A stretch of 64,000 nt of DNA from Bacillota bacterium (GTDB taxonomy: Bacteria > Bacillota > Clostridia > Acetivibrionales > DTU013). Position numbers and translations under genes: made by a program. The notes beneath the pieces are model-generated. The model saw nothing but the letters and a program-made list of their open reading frames with translations, searched no databases and had not been told where the DNA came from. Where the stretch lies: the NCBI GenBank assembly GCA_050261495.1, contig JBLNDI010000018.1:386-64385 (forward strand), given 5' to 3'. Shown piece after piece: positions 29,782 to 39,073 of this stretch; within the stretch, counting starts at the first letter, position 1; the number at the start of each line of letters is the position of its first letter.

Positions 29782-30414
29782 ATGCGAAAGGAATACCTGA
29801 CTATCCCGGGCGATGCGGAAGCCGAGCTGGAAGAGAAGAAGTCGCGGTTCATAGCGACCGTAAAGCCGGTAACAAGTGAAAAGGAAGCGCAGGATTTTAT
29901 CGCCGGGCTTAAGGCTAAATACTGGAAAGCTACGCATAATGTTTACGCGTATTATATCTATGGCGACAGCATGCTGCAAAAATTCAGCGATGACGGCGAA
30001 CCGCCGGGAACCGCGGGACTGCCCGTGCTTGAGGCTGTCAAAAAGCTGGGCGTCCAGGATGTGGCCGTGGTTGTCACCCGTTACTTTGGCGGCACTCTCC
30101 TGGGCGCCGCGGGGTTGGCACGGGCATACGGAAAAGCTGCGGTCATGGGCATTGAAGCCGCCGGAATCGTAAAAATGCGGCTTTGTGTTGAAACGGTCAT
30201 AAAAATGGACTATTCATTGCTGGGAAAGGTTCAATCGATCGTATGTTCAAAAGGCTGCAAGGTTAGAGATACGGTATATGCGGGAGACGTCAATATGTAC
30301 CTGCATATCCCGGTGGATGAATACGACGCTTTCGCCGCGGCTGTAACGGAAGCGACCAATGCAAAAGCGTCCGTTTCAGCGGGCGGAAAAACGTACGTAA
30401 TGTTTAAAGCTTGA
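29782..30414 (+). CDS. yigZ: YigZ/IMPACT-family protein (UPF0029)
   Basis: EEKKSRFIATVKPV...ATHNVYAY...DDGEPPGTAG...VVVTRYFGG motifs. The ATG at 29782 follows GGAGGA. Confidence 0.8.
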   Translation: MRKEYLTIPGDAEAELEEKKSRFIATVKPVTSEKEAQDFIAGLKAKYWKATHNVYAYYIYGDSMLQKFSDDGEPPGTAGLPVLEAVKKLGVQDVAVVVTRYFGGTLLGAAGLARAYGKAAVMGIEAAGIVKMRLCVETVIKMDYSLLGKVQSIVCSKGCKVRDTVYAGDVNMYLHIPVDEYDAFAAAVTEATNAKASVSAGGKTYVMFKA

Positions 30415-30458
30415 CCGGGCGGTTAATGGGCAAATGCACAAAGAAAAATTCCGAACGC

Positions 30459-31367
30459 TCATGTTGGGATGGAACGGATAGCCGAGAATTCCATCTTTGC
30501 CGCATCGATTATCCTGCCGTCCTGTCCGCCGGCTTCGATTTCCCCGGCGGCATCAGGATGACTGACTGGCAGTTCTATTATAAACTCCGAACCGCAGCCG
30601 GCCTTGCTGACTACCTTTATGTCGCCCTTGTGAAGGTCGACGAAAGATTTGACTATGGAAAGCCCGAGCCCGGTGCCCTCGTGTTCCGACGCTTTGCCGC
30701 GCCTTACCTGCTTATAGCGGTTGAATATCGTGTCAAGGCTGTCTTCGGGTATGCCGACGCCGGTATCCTTCACCGAGATAACCGCCCTGTCCCCCGACAG
30801 GCAGGAGGAAACGCAAATGGCGCCTCCAGGGTTTGTAAACTTGATTGCATTGGATATAAGGTTCAGCATTACCCTTTCGATTTTTTCCATATCCACGGCT
30901 GCCGTGATTTCCCCGGAAGAACCGGTATAGCTTAAATCAAGTTGTTTTTGAAGGGCATACGGCCTGACCGTCCGGACGATTTCTTCAAGAAGGGAGTCCA
31001 GCCTGCAATTTACCGGTTTCAGCACCTGGCAGCCCGCCTCAAACCTTGCCAGGTCCAGGAGATTGCCTGTAAGCCGTATAAGCCTGCGGCAATTGATTTT
31101 TATGATTTCCAGGTTTTTATCCTTCGCTTTTGTTTCCATTAGTTGGACCGCTCCCATGATAACACTCAGCGGGGTCTTCATTTCGTGAACCATCTCTGCA
31201 AAAAATTCCGTTTTCCCGTTGATTGTATCGAGCGCTGCACGCAGCTTTTCCCTGAGCAGCTTTGAATCAAGCGCGGATCTTTTCCGCGATATGATTAAAA
31301 TAATGCATAGGGCAACAAGCAATAGAAACTGTATGGCGGCAATAACGAATAAAAGCTTGTTATCCAT
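30459..31367 (-). CDS. Orphan sensor histidine kinase (1 TM, HisKA + HATPase_c)
   Basis: H-box EMVHEMKTPLS, N-box LISNAIKFT, G-boxes DTGVGI and GTGLGLSIV. No neighbouring response regulator. Confidence 0.85.
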   Translation of the reverse strand: MDNKLLFVIAAIQFLLLVALCIILIISRKRSALDSKLLREKLRAALDTINGKTEFFAEMVHEMKTPLSVIMGAVQLMETKAKDKNLEIIKINCRRLIRLTGNLLDLARFEAGCQVLKPVNCRLDSLLEEIVRTVRPYALQKQLDLSYTGSSGEITAAVDMEKIERVMLNLISNAIKFTNPGGAICVSSCLSGDRAVISVKDTGVGIPEDSLDTIFNRYKQVRRGKASEHEGTGLGLSIVKSFVDLHKGDIKVVSKAGCGSEFIIELPVSHPDAAGEIEAGGQDGRIIDAAKMEFSAIRSIPT

Positions 31368-31543
31368 GGTCCACCCTTTATATTTTGAATGGTATATGTT
31401 ATCATATATGTGCCAAATTTATAGTTGCCTTGATAGGTAAAAGCAACCATAAATTGCCATAATTAATTTTATATAAATTGCATACTGGTGTAAATTATTT
31501 TCCAATTCCTTCGGAAATAAGTTTTTCATTGGAGGTATGTTAC

Positions 31544-32272
31544 ATGTCAGGCCATTCAAAGTGGGCGAATATAAGGATCAGAAAAGGCAAGGAAGATGCC
31601 CGCAGGGGAAAGATATTTACAAAATTGGGCAGGGAAATCGCAATAGCAGTCAGGCAGGGAGGGGCAAATCCCGAAGCGAATGCCAGGCTGAGGGACGTAA
31701 TCGCCAAGGCCAAGGCGGCAAATATGCCCAATGACAGCATAATGAGGAGCATCAGGAAAGCCGCCGGGGAAGAAGAAGGCAGCAATTACGAGGAGATCAC
31801 GTATGAGGGCTACGGCCCGGGAGGCGTTGCGGTGATTGTTGAAGCGGCTACGGACAACCGCAACAGGACGGCCGGCGACATAAGGCATTATTTCGATAAA
31901 TTCGGCGGAAATCTCGGGCAAACCGGGAGCGTTTCCTTCATGTTCAGTAAAAAAGGTGTAATAATTATAGAAAAGGGCGGTAAAATAGACGAGGACACCC
32001 TTATGATGGACGCCCTTGACGCGGGAGCCGACGACTTCAAATCGGAAGACGAGTACTACGAAATAACCACCTCACCCGGCAATTTTTCAAAAGTCAGGGA
32101 AGAGCTGGAGAAAAAAGGTTATGAATTCGTAGAGGCGGAAGTGTCAATGGTGCCTTCAGTAACTACCAGGCTTTCCGACGCAAAGCAGATAGAGCTTATG
32201 GAAAAGCTCATCGATAACCTCGAGGACATGGACGACGTCCAGAACGTTTGGCACAACTGGGAGCAGGAATAG
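31544..32272 (+). CDS. yebC: YebC/PmpR-family DNA-binding regulator
   Basis: [33 protein letters not shown]-terminus and full-length YebC architecture. SD GGAGG upstream. Confidence 0.9.
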   Translation: MSGHSKWANIRIRKGKEDARRGKIFTKLGREIAIAVRQGGANPEANARLRDVIAKAKAANMPNDSIMRSIRKAAGEEEGSNYEEITYEGYGPGGVAVIVEAATDNRNRTAGDIRHYFDKFGGNLGQTGSVSFMFSKKGVIIIEKGGKIDEDTLMMDALDAGADDFKSEDEYYEITTSPGNFSKVREELEKKGYEFVEAEVSMVPSVTTRLSDAKQIELMEKLIDNLEDMDDVQNVWHNWEQE

Positions 32273-32346
32273 GACGCGGCACATATTATAAACCGGTGAA
32301 TAAGTATTGCATTTAAATATGTCAGGTTTTGAGCAAGGGAGGAAAT

Positions 32347-33762
32347 ATGGAATCGACAGCTTTTAAATCGATGTTCAGAGAATATGATGTCAGGGGCAGG
32401 GTAAGCGAAGACGAACTGAACGAAAACAGCGTATCGCTGATTACGAAGGCTTTTGCAGCATTTCTCGCGAAAAGGAATATTAACAAGGTGGTCGTGGGCT
32501 ACGACAACAGGAAGTGCTCGCCGTCATTCGCGGAAGCGGCAATCGAGAGCTTCCTGGACAGCGGTTTTGACGTTTATGATATCGGTCTTGCGCTTAGCCC
32601 GGTGCTGTATTTTGCGCAATACCATTTTGGCTGTGAAGGAGCCATGATGATAACGGCAAGCCACAATCCCGACGGATGGTCCGGGTTCAAGCTTGCCCAC
32701 GGATATTCAATGACGCTGGGCACGCAAGAGATAAAGGAACTGTACGGCATATTGACGCGCCGGGAGTTTATAAGCGGCAAACGGGGGGAAAGGCGGAAGT
32801 ACAATATCAAGGACGCGTATGTCGAATCGGTTGTAAGCAGGATAAAGATGAATCCCGATAGAAAACCGAGGCTGGTGATCGACGCCGGAAACGGCGGAGC
32901 GGGAGTATTCGCGTATGAAATCTTCCATAGGCTTGGCTGCACTACATTCCAGCTGAATTGCGACCCCGATGCGAGCTATCCTCATTACTTTCCAAACCCG
33001 TCGGACTTGAAAGCGCGGCAGAAATTGAGGGAGATGGTCCTCCACTCGTATATCAGGGCCGATATCGGCATAGGGTTTGACGGAGACGGGGACAGGATAG
33101 GCGTCATTGACGAAAAAGGCGAGAACGTATGGAGCGATAAAATACTGATAATCCTGGCAAAACAGCTCCTTGAAAAGAAAAAGAACGCGAAAATCGTATT
33201 TGACGTGAAATGCACCCAGGCCCTGCCGCAAGTTATAGAGGAAAACGGCGGTATACCGGTCATGTGGAAGACGGGCCATTCCCACATCAAGTCCAAGATG
33301 AAAGATGAAAAAGCGGACCTGGCTGGTGAAAGAAGCGGGCATATATTCATAGGCGGGGATGACTACTATGGTTTCGACGACGCGTTATTCGTGGCGGCAA
33401 AACTTGTCGAGTACATGTCCCATACCGATCAAACGCTGACCGAAATATTGGGGCAGTTCCCGCAATATATAACTTCTCCCGAAATCAAGGCGCACTGCGC
33501 CGATGATAAAAAATACGGCGTTGTCGAACAGTTGGTAAAAGAATTCAAGCAGGAATATGGCGACAGGGTGGTTGATATAAACGGCGCGAGGGTGATATTT
33601 GACGACGGTTGGGGCCTGGTAAGGGCTTCGTCGAATTTGCCCGAGCTTGTTATCATCTTTGAGGCGAAAACTGAAAAAAGGCTTAAAGAGATACGCGAGA
33701 TTTTCAGGGAGAAGATCCTGAAGTACGACGAAGTTTCGAAAGAATGGGAAAATGACATTTAG
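32347..33762 (+). CDS. Phosphomannomutase/phosphoglucomutase (alpha-D-phosphohexomutase)
   Basis: Active-site TASHNPDGWSGFK, metal loop GFDGDGDR, sugar-binding GERSGH. Confidence 0.88.
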   Translation: MESTAFKSMFREYDVRGRVSEDELNENSVSLITKAFAAFLAKRNINKVVVGYDNRKCSPSFAEAAIESFLDSGFDVYDIGLALSPVLYFAQYHFGCEGAMMITASHNPDGWSGFKLAHGYSMTLGTQEIKELYGILTRREFISGKRGERRKYNIKDAYVESVVSRIKMNPDRKPRLVIDAGNGGAGVFAYEIFHRLGCTTFQLNCDPDASYPHYFPNPSDLKARQKLREMVLHSYIRADIGIGFDGDGDRIGVIDEKGENVWSDKILIILAKQLLEKKKNAKIVFDVKCTQALPQVIEENGGIPVMWKTGHSHIKSKMKDEKADLAGERSGHIFIGGDDYYGFDDALFVAAKLVEYMSHTDQTLTEILGQFPQYITSPEIKAHCADDKKYGVVEQLVKEFKQEYGDRVVDINGARVIFDDGWGLVRASSNLPELVIIFEAKTEKRLKEIREIFREKILKYDEVSKEWENDI

Positions 33763-33783
33763 TGCCGTTCAGCGGCAAAAAGT

Positions 33784-34059
33784 TTACAGGTCCCTGGAGC
33801 AGGAATCAAGTTTAATCTTGGTACGGACGGCGATGAGCCGGTCCAGGTCTTTTAGGTTTTCAATGCCGTATTTTTTGCAGCATTTGCGGCAGACAGACCG
33901 GTTTCCGCCGTAACCGGGGCTTATCCCCACCGCTTTGTGGATTTTGAAAAACGGCCTGAATTTTTTTGCACGGCAGCAGGAGCACAATGGGAATAATTCC
34001 GGTATGTATAACAGGAACAAAACCAGTATAAGTATGGCCAGGTATATATAAATTTGCAT
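33784..34059 (-). CDS. Small membrane-anchored Cys-rich (zinc-ribbon-like) protein
   Basis: 91 aa counted from the ATG at 34059. One N-terminal TM helix, then CSCC...CRKCC cysteine pairs. Function unknown. Confidence 0.5.
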   Translation of the reverse strand: MQIYIYLAILILVLFLLYIPELFPLCSCCRAKKFRPFFKIHKAVGISPGYGGNRSVCRKCCKKYGIENLKDLDRLIAVRTKIKLDSCSRDL

Positions 34060-34131
34060 AAAAATCACCCCCGGATAATCGTATTTAGACGGGGGAGATT
34101 TTATGCAGACAATTTGAAAAGGCAAGAGTTG

Positions 34132-34166
34132 AAAACGCAAGGGCTGCCGGTTATCGACAGCCCTTG
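34132..34166 (-). terminator. Terminator after the SASP gene
   Basis: CAAGGGCTG-(11 nt)-CAGCCCTTG, a perfect 9-bp stem. The minus strand continues CGTTTTC. Confidence 0.65.
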
Positions 34167-34197
34167 TGATTTAAACTGTGCTGTAAATTCACGCCCA

Positions 34198-34377
34198 TTA
34201 CTTGTAAGAGTTGCCGGTGTAAGCTTCGAAAACTCTCTTAACTATATTACCGCCGATTCTACCGGCATCCCTGGAAGCAAGGTCGCCATTGTAACCCTGT
34301 TTCAGGTTAACACCTACCTGGTTGGCTATTTCATACTTCATATTCTCAAATGATGTTTTGCTCCTGTTGTTCGCCAT
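34198..34377 (-). CDS. ssp: Alpha/beta-type small acid-soluble spore protein
   Basis: MANNRSK...KYEIANQVGVNLKQGYNGDLASRDAGRIGGNIVKRV matches the SspA/B family consensus. Confidence 0.9.
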   Translation of the reverse strand: MANNRSKTSFENMKYEIANQVGVNLKQGYNGDLASRDAGRIGGNIVKRVFEAYTGNSYK

Positions 34378-34483
34378 GGTAGTACCTCCTCGTTTTTTTA
34401 TATTCACCGGTGCCTGCACTTCGGTGTATTCTTATGATTTGTAAAACAAGCTCGATTTATTACGGTAAATAGTTCAGCGAAAG

Positions 34484-34717
34484 TCATTCCCTGGCATTTG
34501 CAGGACTTTCCCTGAATAACAGGGTTATCGAGTATAAACCTGCTAAGCCCACGAGAGTGAAAATAATCCTGCTGAATAGCGATATATCGCCGCGGAACAG
34601 GTTACCGCCGAAAATAGCTGTTACGATATCATAATCGGCAATTCCGACGATAAGCCAATTCACGGCGCCAATGATAACCAAAATAAGCGCAAGCCTGTCA
34701 AGTGGTGTTCTATTCAT
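34484..34717 (-). CDS. DUF378 (YuzA-like) small membrane protein
   Basis: LALILVIIGAVNWLIVGIADYDIV... matches the two-TM DUF378 pattern. Confidence 0.75.
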   Translation of the reverse strand: MNRTPLDRLALILVIIGAVNWLIVGIADYDIVTAIFGGNLFRGDISLFSRIIFTLVGLAGLYSITLLFRESPANARE

Positions 34718-34767
34718 TGCAACATCTCCTTCTATATTTTATTGTTAATATTATTGCCGCAGAAACT

Positions 34768-34941
34768 CTATAATAATTCATTCGGAGGCTTACAGTTATA
34801 GCCATGTTTGTTTTTATCGGTTCTTTCTTCAAAATAAACACAATCCGTTACGTTTGATATTGTTTCGGAAATTGCATTTTCCAGCGTGCACCTGCCGTCA
34901 TGCTGGTGTTTGCAGTTTGAAGCGCAATTTATGGTTGTCAT
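34768..34941 (-). CDS. 57-aa Cys/His-rich protein (DUF1540-like), absent from the ORF track
   Basis: My own translation is MTTINCASNCKHQHDGRCTLENAISETISNVTDCVYFEERTDKNKHGYNCKPPNELL. An AGGAGG SD lies 7 nt upstream of the ATG. It falls below the apparent ~60-aa lower limit of the supplied ORF track. Confidence 0.6.
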   Translation of the reverse strand: MTTINCASNCKHQHDGRCTLENAISETISNVTDCVYFEERTDKNKHGYNCKPPNELL

Positions 34942-35366
34942 AACAGATCCTCCTTGTTTTATTATTATTTCAAAAAATCCTTGGAAAAATGCATGGCATG
35001 GGAATTCAAGACCAGCAAAAAGACCGGGAGCAAATGCTGCCCGGCCTTTTATTTAAATAACCGCCGCAAGCCGCGGCATGCGGCAGTTAGTACTGTATTT
35101 CTTCCCCGTTTTGCAAGATGAATTAATGTAGGGTTGCCCTTTTATATTATGTTACAATCGGTGGGATTGTGTCATGTAAAATTATTGTTGCAACGCTTTT
35201 TTTCACGGTAACAAATGCCTGCGCTGCGATTGTCCGGGTCAGTAACTAACTCTTCATTTCCTCATATAATATATTGACAAGGAATATGGGATATTTTGCA
35301 TATATCTCATGCTGCATACAACATTTTTCAAAGACATATACTAGCACGGGAAGGGATGTGAAGTTG

Positions 35367-36281
35367 ATGCAGTTTCTTTGCATTGGAGTCAACGGAAGCG
35401 CTGATGCGGTTATGCAGCACATTAAAAATGAACTCCGGCAATTGAAAAATAAAAAGATAAACTACTCCATCAACGAGGTAAATACCGAAGGGTCGACTTC
35501 CATTATTTGCACCGTTAATGACGGCAGGTTCTATCGCGAGAGGTCCATGGAATCCTACAAGATATTAAAAGCATATATATCAAACGCGTTGGCGGATTAT
35601 ATCATCAGGCAGTACGAAGAACGCCTTTTATCGCGGATTATCAACAGCAACTTCTGCTACTTCAACGCAATTGAAAAAAAAGAAATCCTGTCCAGGGCGC
35701 TTAATATAATCAGGAATGAAGATAAGACTTTTATCAACAGCCTTTTTCAAATCAGGAGGAGAAATGTCATAGTAAAGCGGCTGATGGATTACTTTGACAA
35801 TTCGAACAATATAATTCTCGACGGTTTTGTAAACTTCAGGCTTAAAGAGTATATAAAAGACCTGGAAGAAATAGCCGACAAGGCTGTGGATGATTTCCTG
35901 ACGGACAGGGAATACAAGGAATTTATCAGGCTGCTCAGGTATTTTGTCGATATACAGGAACCCAAGATTGATACCGTCCATGTGATGGCGGGCTTTGACA
36001 ACAAGTACATGCTGCTTGACGGCGGAAAAAAGGAAATAACCAATGAATGTATACAGGAATACGTAAATGAAATAAGCGAAGGCGAGATAAATTACGACGA
36101 TTTGCTGGTAAGCTCGCTGATTACGTTTGCTCCCAGGAAAATCATAATACACGGTTCCGGACGTTTTAGAAACAAGGAGTTGATGGAAACCATCAAGAAT
36201 GTCTTTTCCGGGCGGGTTGTCGTGTGCCAGGGCTGCGACCTGTGCGCGGTCAAATTGGTAAAAAGCGAAACGAAGAAATAA
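35367..36281 (+). CDS. ytxC: Sporulation protein YtxC-like
   Basis: MQFLCIGV... start, with DGFVNFRLKEY and REYKEFIRLLRYFVDIQEP motifs as I recall for the YtxC family. The ORF is open from 35274. Confidence 0.6.
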   Translation: MQFLCIGVNGSADAVMQHIKNELRQLKNKKINYSINEVNTEGSTSIICTVNDGRFYRERSMESYKILKAYISNALADYIIRQYEERLLSRIINSNFCYFNAIEKKEILSRALNIIRNEDKTFINSLFQIRRRNVIVKRLMDYFDNSNNIILDGFVNFRLKEYIKDLEEIADKAVDDFLTDREYKEFIRLLRYFVDIQEPKIDTVHVMAGFDNKYMLLDGGKKEITNECIQEYVNEISEGEINYDDLLVSSLITFAPRKIIIHGSGRFRNKELMETIKNVFSGRVVVCQGCDLCAVKLVKSETKK

Positions 36282-36348
36282 CAGGCGGAAGGATGAGACG
36301 TAATAAGACCTAAACCCGGAATATTCTACAAAATATTTTATATAGATA

Positions 36349-36376
36349 TTGACAAGTTATTCTGAGATGATAAAAT
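36349..36376 (+). promoter_or_regulatory. Strong sigma-A promoter (extended -10)
   Basis: TTGACA (36349-36354), 16-nt spacer, TGaTAAAAT (TAAAAT at 36371-36376). Confidence 0.6.
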
Positions 36377-36526
36377 ATACATGTAATACAATATCATGTA
36401 TAAGTTGTTTTATACCAGCACATAATATAGTTGCTGGACAATTTTAAGTTCTCTTACAAATGATAAAAGTTCAAAGCAACAGAAGAAAAAATATGCAAAT
36501 GCACAAATGAAGAAGATCCGGGAAAA

Positions 36527-36560
36527 GAAAAGAGAGTTGCGAAAACTCTCTTTTCACTTT
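36527..36560 (+). terminator. Hairpin plus interrupted T-tract about 150 nt downstream of the promoter (attenuator or sRNA terminator)
   Basis: AAAAGAGAGTT-gcga-AAACTCTCTTTT, followed by CACTTT. Confidence 0.5.
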
Positions 36561-36713
36561 CTATGGGAATTGTTTAAGTGTCTCGGCATACATTTTTCCA
36601 CATGATGTCCCAATTTGCACTATACCCGCTCGTCCCCTTGATTACCCAAGGCGTTGCGGGTTCGCTTTTCTTTTGATAATATATGTATTAAAAATATGCC
36701 GGGAGAGCGTAAG

Positions 36714-37529
36714 TTGAAGACGTACGGTTTTGTCGGACCCAGTGGCACAGGTAAAAGCCACAGGGCTTCATGGGTCGCAAAAGAAAGAGGAATAGAGTAT
36801 ATAATAGACGATGGGCTTTTAATAAAAGAAAACCAGGTTATAGCGGGCACTTCGGCCAAAAAGGAAAAAACAAGGGTCGGGTCGATAAAGCGCGCGCTGT
36901 TTTGCGATGATTTGCATGCCAACGAGGTAATTGAAGCAATTAAAAGGCATAATCCGAGCGCAAGACTGATACTGGGAACATCCGACGGCATGGTGGACAA
37001 AATAGCCGAGAGGCTCCAGCTGCCCGAGCCCTGTGAAAAGATGCATATTGAAGATGTCGCGGATGAGTTTGAAATAAAGCAGGCGCTCGCTACAAGGCGC
37101 GAACAGGGGAAACATGTCATCCCGGTTCCCACATTCGAAATAAAAAAGGATTTTTCAGGGTATTTTCTTGATCCCTTGCAGATTTTTCGCCGCAAGGGCA
37201 AAATCAATTTCCAGCTGGATGGAGAAAAATCTGTAGTCAGGCCTACCTTCAGCTATCTTGGCAGCTACACGATATCGGATTATACCATTTACCAGATTGT
37301 GGAGTATGTCGTCCTCAACATCAAGGGTGTGAGCAAAATATCGAGGTTCAGGGTTGATAACAGGCCGGAGGGCGCCTACATGGAAATGGACCTGGCGCTG
37401 GTATACGGTTATAAAATACGGGAGCTTATCAAGGAAATACAGCAAAAAATAGTCGAAGAAGTCGAAAGGCTTACCGCGCTTAACATACAGCAAATCAATA
37501 TTACGGTAAAAAGCCTGGTTGTAAACTAG
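36714..37529 (+). CDS. P-loop NTPase domain fused to an Asp23/Gls24-like domain
   Basis: N-terminal YGFVGPSGTGKS Walker A. The C-terminal ~110 aa (SYTISDYTIYQIVEYVVLNIKGV...MEMDLALVYGYKIRELIKEIQQKIVEEVERLTALNIQQINITVKSL) follows the Asp23 pattern. Start is ambiguous: 36654, 36696, or a TTG at 36714 preceded by GGGAGAG. Confidence 0.6.
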   Translation: MKTYGFVGPSGTGKSHRASWVAKERGIEYIIDDGLLIKENQVIAGTSAKKEKTRVGSIKRALFCDDLHANEVIEAIKRHNPSARLILGTSDGMVDKIAERLQLPEPCEKMHIEDVADEFEIKQALATRREQGKHVIPVPTFEIKKDFSGYFLDPLQIFRRKGKINFQLDGEKSVVRPTFSYLGSYTISDYTIYQIVEYVVLNIKGVSKISRFRVDNRPEGAYMEMDLALVYGYKIRELIKEIQQKIVEEVERLTALNIQQINITVKSLVVN

Positions 37530-37555
37530 GGTAGTTCCATCCATCCGTGTAACCT

Positions 37556-38275
37556 TTGATTTCACATCAAAATATAATATATCGAAATATCAAAGTGCGG
37601 CGCGAAAGGGGTCTCGAAGTGTTTCGCTATTATCCGTATTTCAGGCAGGCTTTGCCGCAACCCGTGCAGCCATGCTCGTACATAAGGCTGCTTCATGCCT
37701 CGCCCGGCACGCCTGTGGCAGATGTTTACATAAACAACGGTCCGGCGGCTTCATACCTTGCCTTTAAAAGCTTTACGGAGTATATGCGCATTTCTCCGGG
37801 CGTGCATAATATTAAAGTTTTTCCGGCCGGCAACAGGGATAAAGCATTGCTTGACACCGACTTGACAATTCCTGTCCGGTCCATTTTAACATGCGCAATT
37901 ATTGGTCTGTCGCCTGATATCGGTATAAAGACGTTTTTTGAAACGGTGGTGCGGATTGAGCCGGGCAAATTGCGATTGCGCTTTTCGAATCTCGTGCCCG
38001 GCAGCCCGGATTTGGACCTGGTATTACGTGGAGGCCAAACGCTGTTTGAAGAGGTTTCATACGGGAAAGCCACTAATTATGCCTTGGTTCCAAGCGGGAC
38101 ATATACTTTCTATCTCCAGCAAAGCGGCACGGACAGAAGCCTTTTGTATGTGCCCAATATCAGGCTGACTGAAGGAAGGTTTTACACTATCTACGCGGTA
38201 GGCCAAACCGGAGGAGAAATACCGCTCCAGGTGCTTATACCGGTCGACGGGAATTCATATATCCAGGCGGGATGA
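37556..38275 (+). CDS. DUF4397 domain protein
   Basis: Two repeats of the IRLLHASPGTPVADVYING / LRFSNLVPGSPDLDLVL type, characteristic of DUF4397. No obvious signal peptide. Start uncertain. Confidence 0.6.
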   Translation: MISHQNIIYRNIKVRRERGLEVFRYYPYFRQALPQPVQPCSYIRLLHASPGTPVADVYINNGPAASYLAFKSFTEYMRISPGVHNIKVFPAGNRDKALLDTDLTIPVRSILTCAIIGLSPDIGIKTFFETVVRIEPGKLRLRFSNLVPGSPDLDLVLRGGQTLFEEVSYGKATNYALVPSGTYTFYLQQSGTDRSLLYVPNIRLTEGRFYTIYAVGQTGGEIPLQVLIPVDGNSYIQAG

Positions 38276-38290
38276 ATGCATGGGGCTGCT

Positions 38291-39073
38291 TTATTTGAAA
38301 GCGCAGTAGCTTTTGAGTTTTTGTATGCTGCGGGGCAAAGCGTCTTTCGAATTGCCCCAGGGAGCGTCGTTGTTTCGATAGTCGAATTTTTTCGTGAACC
38401 ACTCAAGCTCCCGTTCTATTCTCTCCATATTTTCAATCTGCCTGACGATCAGCCGGCTTATAAACCTGCCGCCCTCATCGGCAGAAAGGTATTTGCCCGC
38501 GGCGATAATCAGCTGTTTTAAGTGTACGAGGCAAAAACCCTTTTTCTCTTCGAATACCGCCCGGAATTTCTCTTCTTTCGACCAGAGGTACATAATTACA
38601 TCCAGGTACCTGTCCATCGTATACTCCATCCTGCTGCAAATCGTGCAACTTTCTTCGATTTCGTCAAGCATCCTTACAAAGGCGCTTGCGGCGTCCGTTC
38701 CGGCAGGATTCCTGTGAAACAGCCAGTCTTTCAAAGATAGCTTTTTAACATTTCTACGGGCCTCGGGGTTAAACTCCGCCTCAATAAAAGGCTTGCCGGT
38801 TTCCCTCATTCTTTCGATCAGTTCCCTCATGTGGGTATCAGTCACAAGTCCCAATCCCAAGCGGTTTTCCTGCCTGTTGTACATCAACTCGAAGTGCCTG
38901 CGGCAAAACCCCTTCCTGTTCGTGTCTATCCTGCAGTCAGGCTCCATTAGTGCGGGACCAAGGTAGTATTCGGTATAATCACATTCAAGTTTGCTCTCAA
39001 GCAGGCACAACGGGCATTCCGAATCCTGCGCGAATGCTTCCGTAACGGGGATTGTATATATTTTCTCTTTCAT
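38291..39073 (-). CDS. DUF6062-like protein with two CxxC...GFCxxH modules
   Basis: MKEKIYTIPVTEAF..ECPLC...GFCRRH, then CTIC...GFCLVH. The family name is from memory. Confidence 0.55.
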   Translation of the reverse strand: MKEKIYTIPVTEAFAQDSECPLCLLESKLECDYTEYYLGPALMEPDCRIDTNRKGFCRRHFELMYNRQENRLGLGLVTDTHMRELIERMRETGKPFIEAEFNPEARRNVKKLSLKDWLFHRNPAGTDAASAFVRMLDEIEESCTICSRMEYTMDRYLDVIMYLWSKEEKFRAVFEEKKGFCLVHLKQLIIAAGKYLSADEGGRFISRLIVRQIENMERIERELEWFTKKFDYRNNDAPWGNSKDALPRSIQKLKSYCAFK

